Shown here: positions 17,163-27,543 of the stretch, piece by piece
Layout of the letters: each line of letters begins with the position of its first letter
Numbering within the stretch: the stretch's first letter is position 1
Assembly: GCA_963762565.1 (NCBI GenBank)
Contig: CAVXLD010000011.1
Coordinates: 160,001 to 224,000, forward strand
Length of the DNA: 64,000 nt
DNA from: an uncultured Verrucomicrobiae bacterium
Lineage (GTDB): Bacteria; Verrucomicrobiota; Verrucomicrobiia; Chthoniobacterales; JAFAMB01
Direction: 5' to 3'
Notes under the pieces: model-generated
The model's input: only the letters and a program-made list of their open reading frames with translations
The model's database searches: none
Told to the model about the DNA's origin: nothing
Made by a program: the position numbers and the translations under genes

Positions 17163-18542
17163 CTACTTGGGAACACCGGAAAGGGATAACTCCGGCCTGG
17201 CCTCTTCTTTGATTCTGTCGGCGATTGCAGGATCCTCTAGAGCCTCAAGGGGTTTAAGCAGATGCCTCACATCAGTAAGCAGTTCGAACACGGCTATGTC
17301 TCGAGCGGCTAACCGACCCAACCCTTTCTGGAAATCGAGGCGTTCTTCTAAATCTTCCGGGCGTTCCCCGGTCGTATCCGGGTAGATAAAATCCGGAATC
17401 GCCGACATAGCCCAGGGATCGGCAATCAGGTTCTCCGCTTTGGTCAGAAAATCTAACTCCAATATTGAGAGTAAATCCGACCTCCCCAATAGATCAAATA
17501 GGAGACTAGCCTCTCGTGCGGCGATCGACATGCCTTGGCCGTATACCGGATTGAATCGACAGATGGCATCCCCGATTGGGAGGAGTCCGCAAGGGAAGTC
17601 TGGTACTTCTGCAAAATGCCGCCATCTGCTTTCAGGAAAAGAGTACGGCGCTATCTCGGTTAAACGTTTTGCGTTCTTGATCGCTTGATAGATCGTCGGG
17701 GTCCGCAGATTCAGAGCATAACTCAGAAACCCGTTATCACTGGTTGGGGGTATATCATTCCCTCTTCCGATCAGAACCACCTGGTAACTCTTATTTTCTG
17801 CAGGCATGATCAGTCCACCTCGATTTTCTGCAGGTGCATCCGGAAGGGTGTAAGCGACTTTGTAATTATCGTTAATATCGACATCGCGAAATAAAGCGCT
17901 GGCATAACGCATATTGACACCGATGCTGGTTTCCTCTGGCGGCCTCCGACCAGTCGCTTTTAAAAATTCCAGGGTCAACGAGCCATTTCCGGAAGCATCA
18001 ATGATCAGATCTGCTGGGAGCGTCTGTACGTTATTCTCAGGCGTCCGGTAACGAATTCCAATAGCAGCGCCCGTGTCGGAATGACCAACGACGTCGAGCA
18101 CTCGGTATCCACCTTGCACCCTTACGTTCGGCAGGAGTTCCACTCGTCGCCGCAATGTCAGCTCTGTCATCGGCCTCGACATAGAGTAGGTCTGCGGGCC
18201 AGTTTCAATCCTAGGCCAAGGATCTAGTCCCGCCATTTCAAAGAGTATGTCAAAGGTAGGGCAAAGCGGCACTGCTCCCGAATGCTCCAGGTCGTTGCCG
18301 AAGCCAGGGAAAAGATGCTCTAACGCCTTGAGACCGCCGGCTAACAGGCCGTGCGGGTGCTTACCTTGAGGAACTCCCGGCCGAGGAGTGGCGCCGTTCG
18401 GTAGTTCATCACGATCCAGAATCACTACCTGCCGGAATCGATCAGCCACCGCGCGAGCAGCGGATAGCCCTGCAATCCCGCTGCCAACGATAACGGCACG
18501 TTCACCAAGGTAATGATTTTTAAAAACTGTTTCTCGTTTCAT
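17163..18542 (-). CDS. FAD-dependent oxidoreductase/monooxygenase
   Basis: VGSGIAGL Rossmann motif, PQGKHPH, DASG, IGDAICRFNPVYGQGM. Confidence 0.88.
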   Translation of the reverse strand: MKRETVFKNHYLGERAVIVGSGIAGLSAARAVADRFRQVVILDRDELPNGATPRPGVPQGKHPHGLLAGGLKALEHLFPGFGNDLEHSGAVPLCPTFDILFEMAGLDPWPRIETGPQTYSMSRPMTELTLRRRVELLPNVRVQGGYRVLDVVGHSDTGAAIGIRYRTPENNVQTLPADLIIDASGNGSLTLEFLKATGRRPPEETSIGVNMRYASALFRDVDINDNYKVAYTLPDAPAENRGGLIMPAENKSYQVVLIGRGNDIPPTSDNGFLSYALNLRTPTIYQAIKNAKRLTEIAPYSFPESRWRHFAEVPDFPCGLLPIGDAICRFNPVYGQGMSIAAREASLLFDLLGRSDLLSILELDFLTKAENLIADPWAMSAIPDFIYPDTTGERPEDLEERLDFQKGLGRLAARDIAVFELLTDVRHLLKPLEALEDPAIADRIKEEARPELSLSGVPK

Positions 18543-18694
18543 TTTACTTTTATTTGAGCTTGTTAACTTGGTCTTCACCCGTTGAGTGGTGACGAGGGGT
18601 AACAAACTTCACGGGCAGTCCGGAACCGCGGTCTTTGTCTGAACTGCCGCGGTTGATGGTTGTAGGAGGTCGACGCGCGGCCGTCGGCCGCGCC

Positions 18695-18852
18695 AATCGT
18701 TCTCGTCCTCGTCCTCGATGTACGTGCTTTTTGGGTCCCTGGCGTGGACTGCCCAAGACACCCGGTTAAGCGCGCTGATCTGCTGGAGTTATACGTTCCG
18801 GCTGGCCGGGGCGCTGCGCGGTTCCAAATCGAGGACGAGGACGAGAACGATT
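18695..18852. repeat. 25-bp perfect inverted repeat built from GAGGAC hexamers
   Basis: aatcgttctcgtcctcgtcctcgat pairs with atcgaggacgaggacgagaacgatt. Confidence 0.85.
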
Positions 18853-19046
18853 AGAGGCGCGAGCGGGACGACCCGCCATTGCCGCGAAGAGCGCCCTTCG
18901 CAAGCTTGACACGCCCAGGAAGCCGTAATAATACTACGCGAACGAGTTTGGGGGCAGAAGCCTGGCCCGCTCGTGTCCTCTCGGCGGCTGGGGAGGCCAA
19001 GGCAAAAATAAGCTCTTGTTCCACAATCTTGGAGAAAGCATCTACA

Positions 19047-20147
19047 ATGGCCAGAAAAACAAAACGCGAAGTCGACCCGCAGAGATACGCGTTATCCAGG
19101 CGTCGTTTCCTGCGCAATGCCGGCATCGGGGCGGCTAGCCTCCCATTCCTCGAGTCTCTTACTAACAGGGCGGACGCGGCGTCGTCCACCGCTACCAAAA
19201 ATCCGTGGCCCGACTACCCGGCTTACAAGTTTGCCTTCGTCTGTCACGTGACTGCCGACGTCTTCTTCAACGCCGTTCGAGCCGGGGCGAACGACATGTG
19301 TGCGCTTCTGGGCACCTCCTACACCTGGACCGGCTCCGAAAACGACATCATTCCCGAGATGGTAAATGCCTTTAGAGTTGCGATTACCAATAATGTTGAC
19401 GGAATCGCATGCGCTGTGGTTGACCCCAAGGCTTTTAACGCCGTGACGGATGAGGCGCTGGGCAAGGGAATTCCGGTAGTTGCTTACAACGCCGAAGCTC
19501 CTGCCGGCAGCGGCAGCCACGTAATGTCCTACATCGGCCAGGACCTCTTCCAGGCCGGAGTGGCGGTCGGCAAGCGCATTCTCACCTCCGTCAAGAAAGG
19601 CGACTTGGTCGGCGGTATGATCAGCGTACCGGGCTCGCTCAATGAACAACCGCGGATGGACGGCGCCGCGAGCGTGTTTAAGCCGGCTGGCGTCGATTTT
19701 GTGCAGGTGGGCGTTGGAGCCACAGAAGGACCGGCGCTCGCCTCGATCCAGGCCTGGTATCAAGGGCATCAGAACGTCAAATTCATGTTCTCTAGCGGTG
19801 GAAGTAACGGGGTCGCCGTCGCGAAGACCATCGAGAAATTGAACCTGGCGGCCAAGGGTATCGGGGGTGCAGCTTTCGACGTTGGCCTTCCCGTGTTGCA
19901 GAATATCGCGGCTGGCAACCTAGCCTTTACAGTCGACCAGCAGGCCTACCTGCAGGGCTCCATGTCGATCTACCAGCTGTTCCTCTACAACATCACTGGC
20001 GGACTGATCACGCCCACCGATTACAACACCGGCTTCAAGTATGTAACCAAGGACACCGTTGATGCCTATCTGCAGAATAAGGATTCTTGGGAAGGCTCAA
20101 GCCAGACGCCGGTCGTGTTCACCAGGCCAAAATCGATCAGCTTTTAG
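19047..20147 (+). CDS. Sugar ABC transporter substrate-binding protein with Tat signal
   Basis: SRRRFL twin-arginine motif; GIPVVAYN, YIGQD, FTVDQQAYLQG (RbsB-like fold). Confidence 0.9.
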   Translation: MARKTKREVDPQRYALSRRRFLRNAGIGAASLPFLESLTNRADAASSTATKNPWPDYPAYKFAFVCHVTADVFFNAVRAGANDMCALLGTSYTWTGSENDIIPEMVNAFRVAITNNVDGIACAVVDPKAFNAVTDEALGKGIPVVAYNAEAPAGSGSHVMSYIGQDLFQAGVAVGKRILTSVKKGDLVGGMISVPGSLNEQPRMDGAASVFKPAGVDFVQVGVGATEGPALASIQAWYQGHQNVKFMFSSGGSNGVAVAKTIEKLNLAAKGIGGAAFDVGLPVLQNIAAGNLAFTVDQQAYLQGSMSIYQLFLYNITGGLITPTDYNTGFKYVTKDTVDAYLQNKDSWEGSSQTPVVFTRPKSISF

Positions 20148-20194
20148 TGTCCTGTCCCATTGAGGGTCGATTCGGTGCTGGGGTATCATAGGAT

Positions 20195-21277
20195 ATGAGG
20201 TCTAACACCCCAGCGCCCCAGGAGGTGAGCCGCGAGACATCCGCTTTGGTTATGCGGCGATTCATCGGCCAGCATCTGAGCGAGCTGGTTGGCGCCCTGG
20301 TAGCGATTGCCTTAGCGATCTTCTTCACGATTGAGTCGCCGCACTTCTTCACATCCGACAATGCGCTGGTGTTGTCCCAGTTCATCGCACCGTTCGCTAT
20401 TTTTGCGCTTGCCGAAGTGCCGGTCCTGATCCTGGGCGAGATCGATCTGTCTGTCGGACAGATGTACATCGCATCGCCCTTTTTCGTCACCTACTGGAAT
20501 AACGCCGGTGTCCCTGTCTTACCCAGCATCATCCTCGCGCTGTTGATGTGCTGTGGCCTCGGGTTGATCAACGGCCTGGTAACCGTCAAGCTTCGCGTAC
20601 CGTCGTTCATCGCCACTCTGGGAATGGCCTTCGCGCTCAGAGGCATAGTCCTTATCTATTCCAATGGGGCGCCGACGAACCCGGTCGGCTCGGGCACGCT
20701 AATGAACATCCTGGGTGGATGGGCCTGGTCCGAGGCCTTCTGGGCATTGGGCATCGCTATATTGCTCAACCTGATGCTGCGAGGCACGACCTTCGGCCTG
20801 CACATCGTCGCGGTGGGAGGAAACACAGAGTCCGCTAGAGAATCGGGAATCAGAGTGGACTACGTCAAGACTTGGTGCTTCGTGTTGTGCGCGCTGCTAG
20901 GAGGTGTGATCGGTATTTTAGATGGTTATCACCTTGGCAGTCTTGACCCTGCTACCGATGGTTTGACCTTCATGTTCTACGGCGTGACCTCTGCCGTGAT
21001 TGGCGGCACCGCGCTCACCGGAGGACGCGGTACTATGGTCGGCGCCTGCATCGGCGCGTGCGTGTTAGGTATGATCAAGGACGGGTTCCTTATCCTGGGC
21101 ACTAGTTCCTTCGCGCTCGACTTGGTCACCGGCCTGACAATCCTGGCCGCGATGATCCTCAACGTTCAGATCGAGCAGGCAACTTCCATTCGAAGGCCGC
21201 GCGGGTCGTTCGCCCACGCCGTGAGCTTGATCTTCTCGATCTTCCCGAGACGCAGAAAAGAAAGGGTCCGTTCATGA
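20195..21277 (+). CDS. Sugar ABC transporter permease
   Basis: GEIDLSVG, PSFIATLGM, GGNTESARESGI, AVIGGTALTGGRG. Confidence 0.93.
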   Translation: MRSNTPAPQEVSRETSALVMRRFIGQHLSELVGALVAIALAIFFTIESPHFFTSDNALVLSQFIAPFAIFALAEVPVLILGEIDLSVGQMYIASPFFVTYWNNAGVPVLPSIILALLMCCGLGLINGLVTVKLRVPSFIATLGMAFALRGIVLIYSNGAPTNPVGSGTLMNILGGWAWSEAFWALGIAILLNLMLRGTTFGLHIVAVGGNTESARESGIRVDYVKTWCFVLCALLGGVIGILDGYHLGSLDPATDGLTFMFYGVTSAVIGGTALTGGRGTMVGACIGACVLGMIKDGFLILGTSSFALDLVTGLTILAAMILNVQIEQATSIRRPRGSFAHAVSLIFSIFPRRRKERVRS

Positions 21278-22098
21278 CGCCAAACGGAGGAACCGATGGA
21301 CCGGCTGGCGGTTTGGACGTTTTGCGGACCGAGCAGATTTCGATGAGCTTCGGCCCCGTGGTCGCGTTGCGGGGTGTAGACTTGCATCTACGGCGTGGCG
21401 AGGTTCTCGGGCTGGTCGGCGACAATGGCGCCGGTAAGTCGACGCTGGTCAAGATCTTGACGGGCCTGTATCGGCCGGACGGTGGCCGTATCTATCTGGA
21501 CGGCGAAGAGGTCGGGTTCCGTTCTGTGCAGCACGCACGCCAGCACGGCATCGAGACGGTGTTTCAAGATCTGGCCCTCGTCGATGAGCTGAGCGTTTAT
21601 CATAATCTATTTCTCAACCGCGAACACACGTTCGGCGGCTGGTTCCGGTTTCTCAGAAACCGGGCGATGCGCGCCGCCGCCAGGCGGTTTCTGGACGACA
21701 TCGGGATAGACATTCCTTCCGTCGACACACCCGTGGCGAAACTGTCCGGGGGCCAACGACAAGCCATCGCCGTCGCTCGCGCGGTCCGCCAGAAGAACAT
21801 CAAGATCCTGCTGCTCGATGAGCCGCTGGCGGCAATGGGAGCGAAGGAAACATCCCTAATCATTGGACTGATCAAGAGTCTGTCCAAGAAGGCGAACATC
21901 TCGATCATCGTCATAGACCATAACTACACCCATCTCTTCGAGATCTGTGATCGCATTAACGTGATCCAGCACGGTCAGGTAACGCTGGACAAGAGTCTAA
22001 CCGAGATCAAACTTCAGGAGCTCGTCGATTTCATGGTGCAGGGCTTCCGACGAGATGTAGCCACAGGAGCTTACGAAACGACTCCCGGGAAGCGTTAA
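21274..22098 (+). CDS. Sugar ABC transporter ATP-binding protein
   Basis: GDNGAGKST, LSGGQRQ, LLLDEP. Confidence 0.94.
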   Translation: MTPNGGTDGPAGGLDVLRTEQISMSFGPVVALRGVDLHLRRGEVLGLVGDNGAGKSTLVKILTGLYRPDGGRIYLDGEEVGFRSVQHARQHGIETVFQDLALVDELSVYHNLFLNREHTFGGWFRFLRNRAMRAAARRFLDDIGIDIPSVDTPVAKLSGGQRQAIAVARAVRQKNIKILLLDEPLAAMGAKETSLIIGLIKSLSKKANISIIVIDHNYTHLFEICDRINVIQHGQVTLDKSLTEIKLQELVDFMVQGFRRDVATGAYETTPGKR

Positions 22099-22445
22099 GG
22101 GAGCCGACGCGCAAATGAAAGCTCGTGGCCGTCAGGATCGCGCATATGAAAGTAGCGCTCGCCCCATAACGCATCGTGTGGGCTGTTTGGATGAAAGCCG
22201 TTTTCCGTGAGATGCGCCCAGAAACGGTCAACGTCAGAAACGTGAAAAATCAATCGTCCCCACTGGATATCAGCCTGGCCGTGTTCGAGGTTTAGAATCG
22301 TGTCGCTATCTTTTGTGCGAAGCGATGTGAAATCTGAGGCTTCGCCACCGTAGATGATCTCCAGGCCCAAGACTTCTCTGTAGAAGCGAACGGAGGCCTG
22401 CATGTTCGCAACCCGAAGGGTAATGGCAGAAATCTTCTCAACCAT
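22095..22445 (-). CDS. VOC/glyoxalase family protein
   Basis: RFYREVLGL, WGERYFHMRDPDGHELSF. Confidence 0.9.
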   Translation of the reverse strand: MVEKISAITLRVANMQASVRFYREVLGLEIIYGGEASDFTSLRTKDSDTILNLEHGQADIQWGRLIFHVSDVDRFWAHLTENGFHPNSPHDALWGERYFHMRDPDGHELSFARRLP

Positions 22446-22680
22446 AGATAGGTCGCTTTTAACCGTAGCATATCGGGATAGGCTGCTGAAGTATCTCGGG
22501 AAAAGCAGGCCGCCAGGCGAGAACTCCGATCCGTCAAAAATTGACGCAGAATTAGCATTTCAACGCAGTCTGGACCGGTTGGACTGCTAGCCTCAGACAT
22601 CCGGGTGCCACGGCGGTGATAACTCTATTAGCTTTGTTTTCCGGAGTGGCGCCAATTCCGTGAATGGCGGGGTGCAATTT

Positions 22681-22805
22681 GGGGAGGGCGCGCGTCCCCG
22701 CGCGCCGCGAGGACGGGCCACCACCCAGCGGCGTATTTTTGTCCGCGATCAAAACACGTCCCCGGTTTCGGTCACAAACGGATCGCGAGGACGCGATCCC
22801 TCCCC
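22681..22805. repeat. GGAG-type REP pair, copy 2
   Basis: ggggagggcgcgcgtccccgcgcgcc ... ggatcgcgaggacgcgatccctcccc. Confidence 0.85.
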
Positions 22806-22815
22806 GCGAAGTACC

Positions 22816-23571
22816 TCAAGCGTTTGTGCCGCCATCAACGGTGAGGTTAGCACCGTTAACGTAGGACGACTCCGGACCAGCAACGAACGCAACCAATGCC
22901 GCGACCTCGTCGGCATGTCCATACCGGTCAAGCGGGACAACTGCTTTTTGGGGTGAGGCCCAATCTCCTGCGGCTGGGTTTAGATCGGTATCGATTGGTC
23001 CTGGTTGGACGTTGTTGACCGTAATACCTCGGGCTCCGAGTTCGCGGGCCAATCCTTGGGTGAACATCTTGACGGCTCCCTTGGTCGCAGAGTAGGGGGC
23101 CATGCCGGGAATCAATACCCGCTCGCCCAAGCAAGAGCCGATGGTAATAATACGTCCTCCATTTTTCATGTGTTTCAGCGCCGCCTGCGTCGCAACAAAC
23201 ACGCCTCGGACGTTTACCGCAAAGAGACGATCGAAATCAGCCAGGGTCGTATCTTCCACGGAGTTCGGAATGGCGGTGCCGGCATTGTTCACGAGCACAT
23301 CAAGCCGGCCAAAGGTTGTGGCGGTCTGGTCCACAGCGCTTCTGACGGCATCAGCGTCCGCGGCATCGGCCTGAATCGCGATCGCCTTGCCGCCGGCGCT
23401 TTCGATGGCCTTCACGACCGAAACAGCCGCGTCCGCTCCTTTGGTATAAGTGATAGCGACGCTCGCTCCGTCTGCGGCCAACCGTTTAGCGATCGCCGCG
23501 CCTATCCCGCGGGAGCCACCCGTAACCAACGCCACCTTGCCTTCCAGTTTTTCCGAGTTGTTCTTACTCAT
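22816..23571 (-). CDS. SDR oxidoreductase (3-oxoacyl-ACP reductase family)
   Basis: VTGGSRGIG, NNAG, YSATK, NVQPGPIDT. Confidence 0.92.
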   Translation of the reverse strand: MSKNNSEKLEGKVALVTGGSRGIGAAIAKRLAADGASVAITYTKGADAAVSVVKAIESAGGKAIAIQADAADADAVRSAVDQTATTFGRLDVLVNNAGTAIPNSVEDTTLADFDRLFAVNVRGVFVATQAALKHMKNGGRIITIGSCLGERVLIPGMAPYSATKGAVKMFTQGLARELGARGITVNNVQPGPIDTDLNPAAGDWASPQKAVVPLDRYGHADEVAALVAFVAGPESSYVNGANLTVDGGTNA

Positions 23572-23603
23572 TTGTCTTCGCTTTCTGTTGATGTTTCCGT
23601 GTG

Positions 23604-24731
23604 TTAAGTTGTTAGTGACGAATCACCTGTCACTGCTAACCAGCGGGGATAGTCGGTATAGCCCTTGGGGCCGGCTGCATAGACCGTCGGCCAATTGATT
23701 TCGTTGAGTGGCGCGCTAGCCAAAAAACGTTCCGGTAAATCAGGATTAGCAATGTAGGGCCGGCCGAACGCAACGGAGTCCACGAGCCCGGCTGCAATCA
23801 AGTTGTTAGCACGCTCCTGGGTCATCTCAACGTTAACAATGAAATGCCCGTGATAACGGGCGCGAAAGTGCCGGAACATGCCGTCGCCGGCGAGATCTTC
23901 CAACGGTGTGCCCCTGAAGTCCGTAGTGGCTCCCATCATGAGCAAGTGGGCGAGGCCGTAGTCGTTCAATGTCTCGATCACGTACTCCATGTCCGGCAAA
24001 GTGTCCGGATTGGCAAGGAACGGACCTGATATGTTCATTGGACCGATCTTTATACCGACACGGCCGGACTCGACGTAGTCAAGTACCGTTTCAACGATCT
24101 CGAACAGGAAGCGGGCGCGGTTTGTGGTAGAGCCTCCATACTCGTCAGTTCGTTGGTTAGTCGCACTATTCAGGAACTGAGCGATCAGATAGAGGTAGTT
24201 AGCTTGGATCTGTACGCCGTCGAAGCCGGCCTCCATGGCATTCTTTGCTGCTGTCCCGAAGTCGGCAACCGTCTGGCGAATCTCTGCCTTGCTCATCGGG
24301 CGAGGAACCACGGTTGGTCTTCTGCCGGAAGGAGTGACGCTCTCTTGTTCTGGATTCACAGCAGAGGCAGACATGGGCAAGGCGCCATCGAAGAAGTCCG
24401 GGTGCGACATGGCGCCGGTGTGCCAGAGTTGGGCGTACATCAAACCGCCCTTTTGGTGAACAGCTTCGGTCACCCGGCGCCATCCTTCTATTTGTTCTTT
24501 GCTCCAGAGGCCGGGAGTGTCAGCCCAGCCATAGGCGTCGGGGCTGATCTCGGTACATTCGCCGATGATGAGCCCAGCAGACGCTCGTTGCGAATAATAC
24601 TCGACGTGGAGCTCGGTTGGCGCGTGTGCCGGGTTCGACGCGCGCATCCTGGTAAGCGGCGCCATAACAATCCGATTCCGCAGTTCCAATGCGCCCATCC
24701 GCACCGGAGTGAATAGCGGCTGCAGCTTCAT
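23604..24731 (-). CDS. Old yellow enzyme family alkene reductase (NemA-like)
   Basis: MAPLTRMR, QLWHTG, AGFDGVQI.ANYLYL, RTDEYGGS, FGRPYIANPDL. Confidence 0.92.
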   Translation of the reverse strand: MKLQPLFTPVRMGALELRNRIVMAPLTRMRASNPAHAPTELHVEYYSQRASAGLIIGECTEISPDAYGWADTPGLWSKEQIEGWRRVTEAVHQKGGLMYAQLWHTGAMSHPDFFDGALPMSASAVNPEQESVTPSGRRPTVVPRPMSKAEIRQTVADFGTAAKNAMEAGFDGVQIQANYLYLIAQFLNSATNQRTDEYGGSTTNRARFLFEIVETVLDYVESGRVGIKIGPMNISGPFLANPDTLPDMEYVIETLNDYGLAHLLMMGATTDFRGTPLEDLAGDGMFRHFRARYHGHFIVNVEMTQERANNLIAAGLVDSVAFGRPYIANPDLPERFLASAPLNEINWPTVYAAGPKGYTDYPRWLAVTGDSSLTT

Positions 24732-25141
24732 GCTTTTTCGTAGGTCGGGAAGCTGCTGCCAAACATTGGCTTTCCGCTCTTTGACTGTTCCTGCGTTGCC
24801 TCATCCTGAATCACGTCCCAATGCTCGACCAGAATGCCGTTCTCGATTCTGAGAATGTCGGCGGCGATCCAATTGACCGGCAGACCGAACCCGGAGAACC
24901 GACCGTGGGCGATGACAAAATCACCGTTAGCCACAATCAAGCCCGGCTCATACTTCAGTGTTGGTGGGCTGCTTTTGACTAGGTCAAACAATCCTTCGCG
25001 GCCAGGGGCGATATGTGCGCTGTGCTGAATATAGTCGGGTGACCAATAACGCTCAGCCGCGACATAGTTGCGCTGGTTGAAGAGTGTATCAAATGCCTCA
25101 AGGACTAGTGCTTTGTTCGTGTCTTCTTTCGATTGATTCAT
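24728..25141 (-). CDS. SnoaL-like/NTF2 family protein
   Basis: YIQHSAHIAPGREG, ADILRIENG.LVEHWDVIQ. Confidence 0.9.
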   Translation of the reverse strand: MNQSKEDTNKALVLEAFDTLFNQRNYVAAERYWSPDYIQHSAHIAPGREGLFDLVKSSPPTLKYEPGLIVANGDFVIAHGRFSGFGLPVNWIAADILRIENGILVEHWDVIQDEATQEQSKSGKPMFGSSFPTYEKA

Positions 25142-25293
25142 AGAAGGAATACTCCAGGGATAGGTGGTTAGTTAAGGACGAGCGTGCTCGTCGGTAGAGC
25201 CGGTGTTAATGGTTAGCCGAAGGTCTGCCAGACTCCGCTCCCAGCGTTGACGGCCCTGTCGCTCCGGCAGCTGCCGGAGCGCTGCCGGCGTTG

Positions 25294-27540
25294 TTAGAGA
25301 CTGTAGTCATCCCAGTAACGGTCTAGTGCGAAGGACATGGTTTGATTGCGGCAGGCCTCCAAATCGTCAGCGATGACATCCAGCCTGTGCGCCACTGATA
25401 AATAATTCCCAACGGAATCCGAGCTTTGACCAGTCAATAGATTTTGAGTTCGAACCTCGTGTAGGACAGTCCGAAAATTTTCACGGGCCGCCTGGGCAGA
25501 CGGGATCTGAACTTGGGTTGACCCTTCTTTAAAGACCTTAGTCAAACCTTCTGCTATTCCTCGAAACTCTTCTCTGGCCTTCTCGACAACCGGATCGATT
25601 AGCTGTGCGATGCTTTCAGGCAGCGGCGAAGGTTCGGTGCGAGCACGAGCGCTGAGGCGTAGCGCCAAACGTCGCATCGTCACGGTCAACGCGACGATCT
25701 TTTCAACTTCACTCTCCGAACAGTGTCGCCCCTTTAAACCCTTGGCCCAATTTACGCTTTCGATCGGCAGTAGACTCAAACGATCGGATAGCGGCTTATC
25801 GCCGTGACCGGGTTGTTTGCTCAAGAAGGTGGAACAGATGGAAAAGAATTCGACAAAGCGGTTTCTTAGTTCTGCCTCGGGAAGCACTGGCCAGAACAGG
25901 CGACCAATAATGGCGGCAATAAAGATTGGTAAGACGACGGAAAAGTATGAACTGAAAACGGTTTGTACGGCGACTGGCTTCTCCGCATCGATGTTCACGC
26001 TTGCGATAATAAAAAACATCACCGCCCCGGGGTGGATATTCTGCCCTCCCAGAGCAGCCAGCCAATACCCGAAGGCTAACAGCTCGACGAACAGGAACAG
26101 GTTCATGATACTGTAGTTGGAGAGAGCGGGGCTGATCCAAAATACCAAGATCACGAAGAAGAGACCGCCCAGTGATACTTGAAAGGCGCGCTGCAATGTT
26201 CCCCGATCCGCCTTACCACCGAGAAAATTCTTGTTATAGAAGGTCAGAGCCAACGCCGCTAAGGGGATACCGGCCGCGCCGGGAGGGTTAAACCATTGGC
26301 AGATCAACAGCGCTACCGTGCCCGCAATGGCAGGCTTCACTCCGTCCCGGAGCCGGCTTGGGCTTATCTTTGGCCAATGAAACTTTTGCGTTTGATCCCG
26401 TTGTGGCGGATCTCCCGGTAAGGGCAGGTCGGGTACAATCTGACGTAAGCGCAAAATCTCATCACATATGGCCAGAAGAGCCGCATTGTGGTTTGCTAGA
26501 TCTAAGACATCCTCAAGAGAGTAAGTCCGTGCCTTTCCGGTGGAGAGAAGTTCTCCGATCCGAGCCTCTAGAACCTGCGAGAGTGATCTCAGTTGGTTAT
26601 CATTGAGTCTGGTCTTCGATCCGATACCGCCGTTGATAAGTTGCAATTGTTGATCGATCCCCTGGTAAACGTTTGAAAGCTCTGGAGCAATGTCGCCCAG
26701 ATAATCGGGGCTTCCCGGTTGTTGTCGAAACAAGTCTAAGGAGGCCTGAAAAAGACGCGTCAGAGAGACCACCGCGGCGGTATAGCTTGGCAAACTTCGC
26801 CGGAAATAGAGACTCTCGTTGGCTCCGTTCTGAAGTAGTGCCCGTAAACGAAGGCTCTGGGAACGAACAGCGATGGCAGTCGACTGGACCTGCTTCCAGA
26901 TCTTGGGTCCTGAGGCCGAGCTCCTATGTCGCAAGTCAATGAGTTTTGCCACATTGCCCAGCATGGATCGGAGTAACTCAAGAAACTCCTGACGGGCAAA
27001 TCGTGGCCAGAGCAAGTGAAAGACGAGAATAATGGAAACAACGCCCGTTAGGATCTCTAGCGTTCGACCTATGCCGACATTCCAGGCGTTGGTTGGGGCA
27101 AATATGCCGGACGAACTGACCGTTATCAGAGTGTTGGCGCAGAGAAAAAATGAATAGGGGAAAAAAGTGCCGCCATACATGTACATGCAGAACCATAAAT
27201 ACCCGAATGTGAACAACAGGAAGAAGAGCCGATCCTGTTGATAGTTACCGACTAACCATACCCCGATAAATCCACCGATAATTGTGCCGGCAACTCGAGC
27301 GATTGACCGTTGGGCTATCGCTCCAACGTACTGGGCCGGGGCCAGAACTAACACGGTGAATAGTGCCCAGCTGGAATGACCAAGCCTGATGAGTTGCGAG
27401 AGATAGACCGCTAATAGGCCAGCCAAAGCTACCTTGATACCAAACACCGTCTTAGGGTTCGCAACGACGGAAGCCAACTCTTGGGCCAGGCTTCGGACAA
27501 CTGCCCATGGGCGCGGGTAGGACTTAGCGGTGACGCTCAC
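25294..27540 (-). CDS. FUSC family (AaeB-like) efflux membrane protein
   Basis: Two multi-TM repeats, SIARVAGTIIGG motif; follows the HlyD gene. Confidence 0.85.
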   Translation of the reverse strand: MSVTAKSYPRPWAVVRSLAQELASVVANPKTVFGIKVALAGLLAVYLSQLIRLGHSSWALFTVLVLAPAQYVGAIAQRSIARVAGTIIGGFIGVWLVGNYQQDRLFFLLFTFGYLWFCMYMYGGTFFPYSFFLCANTLITVSSSGIFAPTNAWNVGIGRTLEILTGVVSIILVFHLLWPRFARQEFLELLRSMLGNVAKLIDLRHRSSASGPKIWKQVQSTAIAVRSQSLRLRALLQNGANESLYFRRSLPSYTAAVVSLTRLFQASLDLFRQQPGSPDYLGDIAPELSNVYQGIDQQLQLINGGIGSKTRLNDNQLRSLSQVLEARIGELLSTGKARTYSLEDVLDLANHNAALLAICDEILRLRQIVPDLPLPGDPPQRDQTQKFHWPKISPSRLRDGVKPAIAGTVALLICQWFNPPGAAGIPLAALALTFYNKNFLGGKADRGTLQRAFQVSLGGLFFVILVFWISPALSNYSIMNLFLFVELLAFGYWLAALGGQNIHPGAVMFFIIASVNIDAEKPVAVQTVFSSYFSVVLPIFIAAIIGRLFWPVLPEAELRNRFVEFFSICSTFLSKQPGHGDKPLSDRLSLLPIESVNWAKGLKGRHCSESEVEKIVALTVTMRRLALRLSARARTEPSPLPESIAQLIDPVVEKAREEFRGIAEGLTKVFKEGSTQVQIPSAQAARENFRTVLHEVRTQNLLTGQSSDSVGNYLSVAHRLDVIADDLEACRNQTMSFALDRYWDDYSL

Positions 27541-27543
27541 AGT

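Noticed and set aside
18906..18935. Sigma-70 promoter for the ABC operon
   Set aside because: A perfect TTGACA is present, but there is no convincing TAnnnT at 16-18 nt spacing.
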